From Eubacteriales bacterium (GTDB lineage: Bacteria > Bacillota > Clostridia > Oscillospirales > CAG-272), in the NCBI GenBank assembly GCA_045657205.1, contig JAZOSS010000011.1:1-42672 (forward strand): 42,672 nucleotides of DNA, read 5' to 3'. A model generated the notes under the pieces. It saw nothing but the letters and a program-made list of their open reading frames with translations. It ran no database searches and was not told where the DNA came from. The number at the start of each line of letters is the position of its first letter. Positions within the stretch are counted from its first letter, which is position 1. Positions 1 through 7,887 of the stretch are shown one piece after another. The position numbers and the translations under genes were made by a program.

Positions 1-60
1 TTCTTTGCATCATATATTTCTAAGCTTTTGCTTTATACTTCGCTTCTTTTATCTCGTCTG

Positions 61-140
61 TTATTCAATTTTCAAGGACCAAGTCCGTCACTCTCTCGCG
101 ACGACTCGTATATACTATCACACTTTCTTTCATTTGTCAA
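61..140 (-). promoter_or_regulatory. Probable rRNA operon promoter and boxA-containing leader (operon lies beyond the left edge)
   Basis: Minus strand reads TTGACA(140-135)-17 bp-TAGTAT(117-112) with an extended TG, a short GC-rich stretch, then GGTCCTTGAAAATTGAATAA (80-61), resembling the Firmicute rrn boxA/processing-stalk leader. It points away from oriC. No rRNA sequence is in the window. Confidence 0.7.
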
Positions 141-310
141 CACTTTTTTTCGATTTTTTTCGTTATTTTTACACTTGTCCGCGCGTTTCTTAGTTTTCAT
201 ATTTTATAATTACCTTATTATGCGTATTTCAAATGCAAAATTAAATGTATTTTTGAAAACGGATTTTTTATATTTTTTTGTTTGTGCCGGTTATTTTTAT
301 AAAAATAAAC

Positions 311-340
311 TTGACAAAGTGAGTAGTTTTATCGTATAAT
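311..340 (+). promoter_or_regulatory. SigA-type promoter of nrdR
   Basis: TTGACA(311-316)-18 bp-TATAAT(335-340). Confidence 0.7.
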
Positions 341-344
341 AGAA

Positions 345-360
345 ACACAAGATATAGAAA
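345..360 (+). promoter_or_regulatory. Candidate NrdR box
   Basis: ACACAAGATATAGAAA resembles the consensus acaCwAtATaTwGtgt and lies just downstream of the -10 of nrdR. Confidence 0.45.
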
Positions 361-388
361 TTTTATACTGAAAGGAACGTTTTTAAAT

Positions 389-847
389 ATGAAATGTCCG
401 TCTTGCGGCCATCCCGACACAAAGGTCGTCGATTCACGCCCTGCAGAAAATAATTCGACCATTCGCAGACGCCGTTCCTGTCTTGCTTGCGGAACGAAGT
501 TCTCCACGTACGAGCACATCGAAACGATGCCCGTTATGGTAATAAAAAAAGATAAAACACGTGAGGTTTTTGACAGAGCAAAGCTTTTGGGCGGTGTGCT
601 TAAAGCTTGCCACAAGCGTCCGGTAACCTCCGCACAGGTTGAAAGCATCGTCAGAGATATTGAAAATACAATTAAAAATTCACCAAAAAGCGAGATACCG
701 TCTGTCACCATAGGTACGATGGTTATGGAAAAGCTGAAGGATATTGACGAGATCGCTTACGTTCGTTTTGCATCCGTTTACCGTGAATTCAAGGACGTTG
801 ATACGTTTTTGAAGGAGCTTAACGATATAAAAAATAATAAAGCATAA
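389..847 (+). CDS. nrdR: Transcriptional repressor NrdR
   Basis: MKCPSC..VVDSR..IRRRRSCLAC zinc ribbon, ATP-cone (VIKKD..EVFDR.KL) and C-terminal AYVRFASVYREF. Confidence 0.97.
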   Translation: MKCPSCGHPDTKVVDSRPAENNSTIRRRRSCLACGTKFSTYEHIETMPVMVIKKDKTREVFDRAKLLGGVLKACHKRPVTSAQVESIVRDIENTIKNSPKSEIPSVTIGTMVMEKLKDIDEIAYVRFASVYREFKDVDTFLKELNDIKNNKA

Positions 848-890
848 TAAAAAACGGCTCATTTCTTCGTGAAATGAGCCGTTTTTTATT
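846..890. terminator. Bidirectional intrinsic terminator
   Basis: 20-bp perfect inverted repeat AATAAAAAACGGCTCATTTC-ttcgt-GAAATGAGCCGTTTTTTATT between converging nrdR and the putative 6S RNA. Confidence 0.9.
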
Positions 891-903
891 ATGAAATTTT
901 CTA

Positions 904-1091
904 AAAATACCCCGCCGAGCCGTGTAAGCGAGCATTGAGAAACCCTGCATTGCAGGTTGGTGTCCTCTTCCGCGCTTTGTGCTACCAACATCCGAGAGGA
1001 TCGTGCAGCCACAGCTTTAAACAGGAAGCCTTCGGGAGGTCTGCATTCCCACGACAGAAAGTCCGGACTCCATAGTTCTCTTGTGGGTTTT
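904..1091 (-). ncRNA. ssrS: Probable 6S RNA
   Basis: About 190 nt with partly complementary ends (5' AAAACCCAC.. / ..CGGCGGGGTATTTT 3'). The 3' half (ACCAACCTGCAATGCAGGG...CACGGCTCGGCGGGGTA) resembles clostridial 6S RNAs as I recall them. Ends are approximate; needs cmsearch with Rfam RF00013. Confidence 0.65.
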
Positions 1092-1116
1092 AATACCCGT
1101 TTATCACGTACTAAGC

Positions 1117-1385
1117 AGGCGTAAAGTTTCGTTCAGTATAACCGTACAACACAAGTTTACGCCTTGAAATTTAAATTAAAAATGGGTCCCGTCCCATTTT
1201 TGTTTGCTTTGCAAACTCATTTAAATTTCCAAAGTGAATCTGACAAATAGCCGGCGTAAAGTTTCGTTCAGCTTGAAATCAAGATACACATTTACGCCTT
1301 GCATCTGACAAAAGGCTGGCGTGAAGCCTTGTTCAGCTTTAAATAATAATACACATTCACGCCTTGAAATTTAAATTAAAAAAGT
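1117..1385. repeat. Three copies of a ~47-nt stem-loop repeat with shared linkers
   Basis: GGCGTAAA..gttcag..acaca..TTTACGCC at 1118-1163 and 1253-1298, and GGCGTGAA..TTCACGCC at 1318-1363. ATCTGACAAA precedes copies 2 and 3; GAAATTTAAATTAAAAA follows copies 1 and 3. Confidence 0.85.
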
Positions 1386-1539
1386 GTTTTCGTACTGCCT
1401 TGTTTCGATTAAAAGCTTATATTTAATATCGTTTTTTGCATCCGCGTGCTGCCTAGGCACAGGGCGCATATTTCCTGCGGAAATATATTTTATAAAGTTT
1501 TAGTGATAAAACAAGGGATCACACAGCGAATCAGGAATA

Positions 1540-1839
1540 TTATTCGTCTGCTCCGTAGTCAGCTTCGGAGAAAAGTTCATCCTCGAAGATATCTGCCACA
1601 GCGTCAAATTCGTCATCGTCATCGACCGTTACGAAAATATCCTCGCCGTCTTCATCCTTTGCGGATTTAAGTATCGTGTACTCTATTTTTTCTTCGTCTT
1701 CTTCTCCGTCGAGCGGAATAACTGCAAAATAGATACCGCCTTCGTACTCACAGCTTCCTACGACTTCAAAATCCGTTTCAACACCGTCCTCGTCGGTAAG
1801 TGTGAATATATCCTGGTTTTCAAAAAGTTCTTCTGACAT
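1540..1839 (-). CDS. DUF1292 family small acidic protein
   Basis: IFTLTDEDGVETDFEVV...YEG..YFAVIP...VDDDDEFDAVADIF pattern; RBS GAAAGGA upstream. Confidence 0.85.
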   Translation of the reverse strand: MSEELFENQDIFTLTDEDGVETDFEVVGSCEYEGGIYFAVIPLDGEEDEEKIEYTILKSAKDEDGEDIFVTVDDDDEFDAVADIFEDELFSEADYGADE

Positions 1840-1885
1840 ATTTATATTATCCTTTCATAAATGGTTTTATTCTTCTTGCACGGCT

Positions 1886-1914
1886 ATTATACCATTTAGC
1901 CTTCAATTTGTCAA
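1886..1914 (-). promoter_or_regulatory. SigA-type promoter of the DUF1292 gene
   Basis: Minus strand TTGACA-17 bp-TATAAT with TG extension, a perfect consensus match. Confidence 0.8.
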
Positions 1915-2007
1915 TATAAATTTATCTTACCTGCTTTATGATACTTCAAAAAATACCGCATTATTACGTATCAATATTAATTTTTTTTAACATTTAAATA
2001 AATCGTC

Positions 2008-2036
2008 TTGTAATTTTATATATTAGATGGTACAAT
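2008..2036 (+). promoter_or_regulatory. SigA-type promoter of the rnf operon
   Basis: TTGTAA-17 bp-TACAAT with TG extension. Confidence 0.55.
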
Positions 2037-2073
2037 TAGAATTGGTATATTATATGAAAGGCTCGGTAAATTT

Positions 2074-3390
2074 ATGGCTTTTACCTTTATCGGAGGTATA
2101 CATCCGAAAGAAAATAAAAACACAAGGCATCTTAAAATATCGCGTATGAACCCTGTGCAGACTGTAAGCATACCGCTGTCACAGCACATCGGCGCGCCGT
2201 GCCGTGCGCTCGTAAAGCCGGGGGACACGGTAACGAAGGGTCAGATAATAGGCGACGTTGACGGTGCTTTGGGTGTTCCCGTTCACTCAAGCGTATCGGG
2301 AATCGTAAAGCAGATCGTATCGAAAAGAACCCCCGATGACAGGGTAATTGAAAATATAGTTATAGAAAACGATTTCAAGGAAACTCTTTGCCCCGATATC
2401 GTACCGATAACGAAGACGATAAAAGAGCTTACGACGGAGGAAATAGTTGAAGCCGTCAGAAAAGCGGGTATATCGGGTATGGGCGGTGCTACGTTTCCGA
2501 CGTACGCAAAAATAAGCTCGGCTGTCGGCAAGGTCCACACGATGATAATAAACTGCTGTGAATGTGAGCCGTACATCTGTGCAAACCACCGTCTTATGCT
2601 TGAAAATCCCAAAGGAATAATAGGCGGTGCCGTCATACTTATGAAGGCTCTCGGGCTTCGCAGCTGTGATATCGCCATTGAAGACAACAAAATGGACGCC
2701 GTCTGCGCTATTGAAGAAGAGATAAAAGGCAAAGACCCCTCTATGTTCAATGTAAAAATAATGAAAACGAAGTATCCGCAGGGTGATGAGCGTCAGCTCA
2801 TATACGCCTTGAAGCAGGTCGAAATACCGACAGGAAAGCTTCCGTCCGACGTCGGATGTATCGTTTTCAACGCGGAAACGTGTTACAGCGTTTACCGTGC
2901 TCTCACCGAAGGTATGCCGCTTATCGAAAGAATAGTAACGGTTGACGGTGACTGCATTGCAAGACCGAAAAACGTCATAGCTCCGATAGGCGCATCGTAT
3001 TCCGATCTTATCGACTTCTGCGGCGGACTTAAAAAAGTCCCCAAAAAGATAATAAACGGCGGCCCTATGATGGGCGCGGCACAGTGGGATATAAACGGAA
3101 GCGTTACGAAAGGTACGTCGGCTGTACTCGTTTTGTCGGCGGACGATGCCGCTCCCTATTCATCCGACGGCGTTTGCATACACTGCGGAAAGTGCGTTTC
3201 GGTATGTCCTATGCATCTTTACCCCAATTATCTTGCGATGTTCACAAGATACGATGATTTTGAAGAATGTAAAAATTACGACGTAATGAGCTGTGTCGAA
3301 TGCGGAAGCTGTACGTACGGATGCCCCGGCGGTGTTCCGATAGTTCAGCTGATACGCAGTGCAAAGGTCCGCGTAAGAGCGATGAAATAA
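2074..3390 (+). CDS. rnfC: Rnf electron transport complex subunit C
   Basis: GGIHP, PLSQHIGAP, GISGMGGATFPT, ECEPY, YPQGDE, GGPMMG and two C-terminal 4Fe-4S motifs. Confidence 0.96.
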   Translation: MAFTFIGGIHPKENKNTRHLKISRMNPVQTVSIPLSQHIGAPCRALVKPGDTVTKGQIIGDVDGALGVPVHSSVSGIVKQIVSKRTPDDRVIENIVIENDFKETLCPDIVPITKTIKELTTEEIVEAVRKAGISGMGGATFPTYAKISSAVGKVHTMIINCCECEPYICANHRLMLENPKGIIGGAVILMKALGLRSCDIAIEDNKMDAVCAIEEEIKGKDPSMFNVKIMKTKYPQGDERQLIYALKQVEIPTGKLPSDVGCIVFNAETCYSVYRALTEGMPLIERIVTVDGDCIARPKNVIAPIGASYSDLIDFCGGLKKVPKKIINGGPMMGAAQWDINGSVTKGTSAVLVLSADDAAPYSSDGVCIHCGKCVSVCPMHLYPNYLAMFTRYDDFEECKNYDVMSCVECGSCTYGCPGGVPIVQLIRSAKVRVRAMK

Positions 3391-3404
3391 GAAGGGAGAG
3401 CATA

Positions 3405-4448
3405 ATGGTTTTTCAGAATGATACGGAAAAAAAGCAGAAGATATCGCCCCCCGAATATCTGACTGTGTCAGCATCACCCCACGTTCGGTCGTCGTCAACG
3501 ACTCAATCAATAATGCTGACAGTGATAATAGCACTTCTTCCCGCTTTGGTCTGGGGAATATATATATACGGCTTCCGTTCGCTTATAACTGTGCTTTTAA
3601 GCGTTATGACGTGCGTTTTATCGGAATTTCTTTATGAAAAGCTGATGAAAAAGCCGATAACCATATCTGATATGTCAGCCGCCGTCACAGGCGTGATACT
3701 TGCATTCAACCTGCCTCCGATGATACCCTACTACCTCGTTATCGCAGGCGGTGTGTTTGCCATCGTTGTTGTAAAACAGCTTTTCGGCGGTATCGGCAAA
3801 AACTTTTTGAACCCCGCACTTGCCGCAAGAGTATTTTTGTTCATCGCCTGGTCAAAGCCGATGTCAACGTATACTGCCCCCGTCTGGCTTCCCATTTTTG
3901 GAGGAAGTGATGACGTCGTCGCTTCCGCAACGCCTCTTTCAGCACTCAAGCAAGAGGATCTCAGCACGGTCGGCGTCGATATAATTCAGGCGTTTATCGG
4001 TCAGAAGGGCGGCTGTATCGGTGAGATATCGTGCCTTTTGCTCCTTTGCGGCGGCGTTCTGCTTTTAGCCCGCAAGGTCATAACGTGGCACATTCCCGCA
4101 GCGTTTATCGGTACCGTTGCAGTCCTTACGTATCTGTTTTCACCCGATTCCGTCGATGCGGTATCGTTTATGCTGTATTCGATATTCTCGGGCGGTCTGT
4201 TTTTGGGTGCTGTTTATATGGCAACAGACTACGCAACGTCGCCGGTAAGCCCCGTCGGACGTATAATTTTCGGTGTAGGATGCGGTGCGATAACCGTGTT
4301 TATAAGATTTTTTGCAGGATTTAACGAGGGTGTTTCGTTCGCTATTCTCATAATGAACCTCCTTGTGTGGTATATTGACAAATACACGCGTCCGAGACCA
4401 TTCGGCAAGATAAGAGAAAAGAAAAACGCAAAAGGAGGCACGAAATGA
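3405..4448 (+). CDS. rnfD: Rnf complex subunit D
   Basis: SPH, KQLFGGIGKNFLNPAL, FMN-attachment SATPL, MATDYATSP. Start moved to ATG 3405 after RBS GGGAG. Confidence 0.95.
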   Translation: MVFQNDTEKKQKISPPEYLTVSASPHVRSSSTTQSIMLTVIIALLPALVWGIYIYGFRSLITVLLSVMTCVLSEFLYEKLMKKPITISDMSAAVTGVILAFNLPPMIPYYLVIAGGVFAIVVVKQLFGGIGKNFLNPALAARVFLFIAWSKPMSTYTAPVWLPIFGGSDDVVASATPLSALKQEDLSTVGVDIIQAFIGQKGGCIGEISCLLLLCGGVLLLARKVITWHIPAAFIGTVAVLTYLFSPDSVDAVSFMLYSIFSGGLFLGAVYMATDYATSPVSPVGRIIFGVGCGAITVFIRFFAGFNEGVSFAILIMNLLVWYIDKYTRPRPFGKIREKKNAKGGTK

Positions 4449-4996
4449 GCGATATAAAAAAGCCTTCAAGTATAAAAACGGTGCTCGTGCTGACTTGCAT
4501 ATGCACAGCAATTTCCCTGCTCGTGTCGGGCGTTTATTCTCTTACGAAAGAAAAAATAGCGAAAAACGACGAGCTTAAAACGGAGAAAGCAATAAGCGAG
4601 ATATTCCCCGGATACACCGAAAAAAAGGTGATAGACGGTACGTTTGACGAAAAGATAAACGCAATATACGAAGTAAAAACGAACGATTCCGTATCGTACG
4701 CCGCTGACGTTACGGCAAAGGGCTACGGTGCCGACGGTATCAATATGATGGTCGGAATAGATAACGGCGGTAAGGTCATATCGGTAGTTATCGTAAGTGC
4801 TTCGGGAGAAACACCGGGACTCGGTCAGAACGTCACGAAAAAAGAATACACGGACGGATTTTCGGGTATTTCCCTCGGTGAAAAAGCCGACGTTATTTCC
4901 GGTGCTACCATATCAAGTAACGGCGTTCAGTCGGGAATTGACGCCTGCCTTGAAGCCGTAAAGAGCATAATAAACGAAGGAGGTGCGGCTGAATGA
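4445..4996 (+). CDS. rnfG: Rnf complex subunit G
   Basis: N-terminal TM, KGYG, ETPGLG, FMN-attachment SGATISS. Confidence 0.93.
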   Translation: MSDIKKPSSIKTVLVLTCICTAISLLVSGVYSLTKEKIAKNDELKTEKAISEIFPGYTEKKVIDGTFDEKINAIYEVKTNDSVSYAADVTAKGYGADGINMMVGIDNGGKVISVVIVSASGETPGLGQNVTKKEYTDGFSGISLGEKADVISGATISSNGVQSGIDACLEAVKSIINEGGAAE

Positions 4997-5652
4997 ATAC
5001 GAAACTTAACAAAATAGCAAAGCAGTTCAAGGAAGCCGCTATTCTGAACAACCCGACGTTTGTTCAGGTGCTTGGTATGTGTCCGACGCTTGCCACGACG
5101 ACGAGTGCGAAAAACGCTCTCGGTATGGGACTTGCGGCAACGGCTGTTCTGATACTTTCAAACGTCATAATCTCTCTTTTGAGAAAAATAATACCGAGCC
5201 AGGTGCGTATTGCCTCGTACATCGTCATAATATCGGGAGCGGTTACGGCAATCGAGCTTTTAATGAAAGCGTACCTCGTCGAGCTTTACGACTCACTCGG
5301 TATATTCATACCGCTTATCGTCGTAAACTGCATCATTCTTGCAAGGGCGGAAGCTTACGCATCAAAAAACACCGTGTTTGATTCGTTTATTGACGGTGTT
5401 GCAACGGGTATCGGCTTTACGGGCGCACTTTTCATCGTAGGATGTATAAGAGAATTACTCGGTGCAGGCTCGATATTCGGCTTCGTGATACTTCCCGAAG
5501 AACTCCACGCAACGATATTTATAATGGCGCCGGGTGCGTTTCTGACTCTCGGAGCAGTTATGGCGGCTGTACAGAAAATAAGAAATACAGCCGATAAGAA
5601 AAAGAAAGAAAAAGCACTGAAAAATGACGGGGAGGTAGTTATCAATGGCTGA
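4993..5652 (+). CDS. rnfE: Rnf complex subunit E
   Basis: LGMCPTLA, FIPLIVVNCIILARAEA, PGAF. Confidence 0.96.
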   Translation: MNTKLNKIAKQFKEAAILNNPTFVQVLGMCPTLATTTSAKNALGMGLAATAVLILSNVIISLLRKIIPSQVRIASYIVIISGAVTAIELLMKAYLVELYDSLGIFIPLIVVNCIILARAEAYASKNTVFDSFIDGVATGIGFTGALFIVGCIRELLGAGSIFGFVILPEELHATIFIMAPGAFLTLGAVMAAVQKIRNTADKKKKEKALKNDGEVVING

Positions 5653-6226
5653 AATACTTATGATAATGCTTGCCGCCATTCTTACCGAAAACTTTATATT
5701 TATAAAGTTTATGGGTATATGCCCCTTTCTCGGCGTATCCGATAAAGCGGATAAAGCCGTGGGAATGAGCTTTGCCGTCATATTCGTTATGACGCTTTCC
5801 TCTGCCGTTACCTGGGTGGTGTACCACTTCATCCTCGTACCGCTTGACATTGAATATCTGCAAACGATAGCGTTTATTCTTATTATCGCATCGCTCGTTC
5901 AGTTTATTGAGATGTTTTTGAAAAAATACGTTCCCGCTTTGTATTCGTCCCTCGGAATATTTCTGCCGCTTATAACGACTAACTGTGCGGTGCTCGGTGC
6001 GGCACTTCTGAATATTTCAAACGGATATACGTTTATCCAGTCCGTCGTGTTCGGCTTTTCCGCCGCAGTCGGATTTATGGTGGCGGTGCTTATATTCGCG
6101 GGAGTACGTGAAAAGCTTAAATACAGCGACGTTCCGAAATCGTTTCAGGGTATGCCGATAGCACTTATCACGGCAGGACTTATAGCAATGGTATTTTCGG
6201 GATTTTCGGGAATAAGCTTCACATAA
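5645..6226 (+). CDS. rnfA: Rnf complex subunit A
   Basis: GICPFLGVS, FLPLITTNCAVLG. Confidence 0.96.
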   Translation: MAEILMIMLAAILTENFIFIKFMGICPFLGVSDKADKAVGMSFAVIFVMTLSSAVTWVVYHFILVPLDIEYLQTIAFILIIASLVQFIEMFLKKYVPALYSSLGIFLPLITTNCAVLGAALLNISNGYTFIQSVVFGFSAAVGFMVAVLIFAGVREKLKYSDVPKSFQGMPIALITAGLIAMVFSGFSGISFT

Positions 6227-6235
6227 GGAGGATAT

Positions 6236-7039
6236 ATGGATATTTTATACGCTGTACTGTGTTTTGCATTACTCGGTGCTGTGTTCGGCGCACTGCTTGC
6301 TATAGCCTCCAGGGTGTTCTTCGTCAAGGAAGACGAAAGAGTTGAAAAAATAAAAGAGTGTCTGCCCGGGGCAAACTGCGGCGGATGCGGATTTTCGGGC
6401 TGCGGCGACCTTGCCGACAAAATAGTAAAGGGTGAAGCAAAGGCAAACGCCTGCCCCGTCGGAGGAGAAGAAGCGGCAAGAAAAATAGCCGAGATAATGG
6501 GCGTTGAAGCTGAAGCGCCCGTAAGAATGAGAGCGCAGGTAATGTGCTCGGGAACGACGGGAAAGTCAGTAAAAAAGTATATTTACGAAGGCGAGGCTGA
6601 CTGTAATGCGGTCGTCCGTCTCGGATGCGGGGACCGTGTGTGTCCCAACGGCTGTGTCGGACTCGGCTCGTGCGTCAAGCACTGTAAGTTCGGGGCGATA
6701 AAGGTCGTTGACAACGTCGCGGTCGTTGATTACGAAAAGTGTACGGGATGCGGTGTTTGTGCATCGTTCTGTCCGAAACATATAATAAAGCTCGTTCCGT
6801 TTGATTCGGAATATTGGGTAGGCTGTTCGTCAGTCGATAAAGGCGCTTTGGTAAAAACGTACTGTCAGGCAGGCTGTATCGGCTGTAAGCTTTGCGAAAA
6901 GGCGTGCGAGTCGGGAGCAATAACGGTAACCGACAACGTGGCGAAAATAGATTACGGCAAATGCACCGGATGCGGTAAATGTGCTGAAAAATGCCCGAAA
7001 AAGATAATAAAAGCAGGTAAAACGACATGGGGAAAATAA
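6236..7039 (+). CDS. rnfB: Rnf complex subunit B (polyferredoxin)
   Basis: N-terminal TM, LPGANCGGCGFSGC, CPVGG and several CxxCxxCxxxCP motifs. Confidence 0.95.
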   Translation: MDILYAVLCFALLGAVFGALLAIASRVFFVKEDERVEKIKECLPGANCGGCGFSGCGDLADKIVKGEAKANACPVGGEEAARKIAEIMGVEAEAPVRMRAQVMCSGTTGKSVKKYIYEGEADCNAVVRLGCGDRVCPNGCVGLGSCVKHCKFGAIKVVDNVAVVDYEKCTGCGVCASFCPKHIIKLVPFDSEYWVGCSSVDKGALVKTYCQAGCIGCKLCEKACESGAITVTDNVAKIDYGKCTGCGKCAEKCPKKIIKAGKTTWGK

Positions 7040-7788
7040 TTGCTTTTGCAAATCAAAAAGGCGGTGTCGGTAAATCGACATCGGCAATAAATATAGCCGC
7101 GGCACTCGGATTGCTCGGTAAAAAAACGCTGATAGTCGATCTCGATCCGCAGGGAAATACGACGAGCGGTGTCGGAATCAACAAAAAACAAATAAAAACG
7201 TCATCGTACGATATACTTATTTCAAGGAGCGATACGAAAAGCGCGATAGTAAAAACGAAATTTGAAAACCTCGATATACTGCCGTCAAATATAACGCTGG
7301 CAGGGGCTGAATTTGAGCTTGTAGACACCTCAAACCGCGAGGGAAGATTTAAAAGCGCTATGGAAAAGGTGAAAGACGAGTACGACTACATAATAGTCGA
7401 TTGTCCGCCGTCGCTCGGACTTCTGACGCTTAACGCTCTCGTGGCATCAAACGGCGTCGTCGTGCCGATGCTGTGCGAATATTTCTCTCTTGAAGGACTC
7501 ACACAGCTTATGATAACGATAAGAGAGGTCAAAAAACGCTTTAATCCCTACCTTGATCTTGCAGGTATACTTATAACGATGTACAACGGCAGACTCAATC
7601 TGTCGGCAGAGGTTTTGCACGAGCTTAAAAAATACTATTCGGATAAGCTTTTCAAAACGATGATACCGAGAAGCGTAAGACTCTCGGAAGCACCGAGCTA
7701 CGGCGAACCGATACAGTATTACGACAAACGCTCAAAATCAAGCGAAGCGTATAACGAGGTCGCAGAAGAACTTATGTTCAGAATATAA
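7027..7788 (+). CDS. soj: ParA/Soj family ATPase
   Basis: ANQKGGVGKST deviant Walker A, DLDPQGN, DCPPSLG, IPRSVRLSEAPSYG; overlaps the end of rnfB by 13 nt. Confidence 0.92.
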   Translation: MGKIIAFANQKGGVGKSTSAINIAAALGLLGKKTLIVDLDPQGNTTSGVGINKKQIKTSSYDILISRSDTKSAIVKTKFENLDILPSNITLAGAEFELVDTSNREGRFKSAMEKVKDEYDYIIVDCPPSLGLLTLNALVASNGVVVPMLCEYFSLEGLTQLMITIREVKKRFNPYLDLAGILITMYNGRLNLSAEVLHELKKYYSDKLFKTMIPRSVRLSEAPSYGEPIQYYDKRSKSSEAYNEVAEELMFRI

Positions 7789-7790
7789 CA

Positions 7791-7824
7791 CAAAAAGGAT
7801 CGGCTCGACGAGTCGGTCCTTTTG
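7791..7824. terminator. Intrinsic terminator between soj and spoIIE
   Basis: AAAAGGATCGGCTC-gac-GAGTCGGTCCTTTT hairpin with flanking A/T tracts. Confidence 0.75.
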
Positions 7825-7887
7825 TATCCCTTTTTTTCAATTAACCTCTCACATGAGCCTTCTCATAAAGGTTTATAAGTCAAATAT

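Noticed and set aside
1-60. 16S rRNA sequence
   Set aside because: Only leader-like sequence is present; no mature rRNA 5' end is visible in the window.
1117-1366. Hammerhead ribozyme or type III toxin-antitoxin RNA repeats
   Set aside because: Minus-strand CTGAACGAAAC lacks the CUGAnGA-stem II-GAAA layout, and no adjacent toxin-like ORF is present.
1974-1993. Rex operator upstream of rnf
   Set aside because: Half-site spacing is wrong and the match is explained by an A/T run.
3300-3404. N-terminal extensions given by the ORF track for rnfD (also glyA, the ABC genes, 29808-29945)
   Set aside because: They overlap or abut upstream genes, and downstream ATGs have clear ribosome-binding sites.
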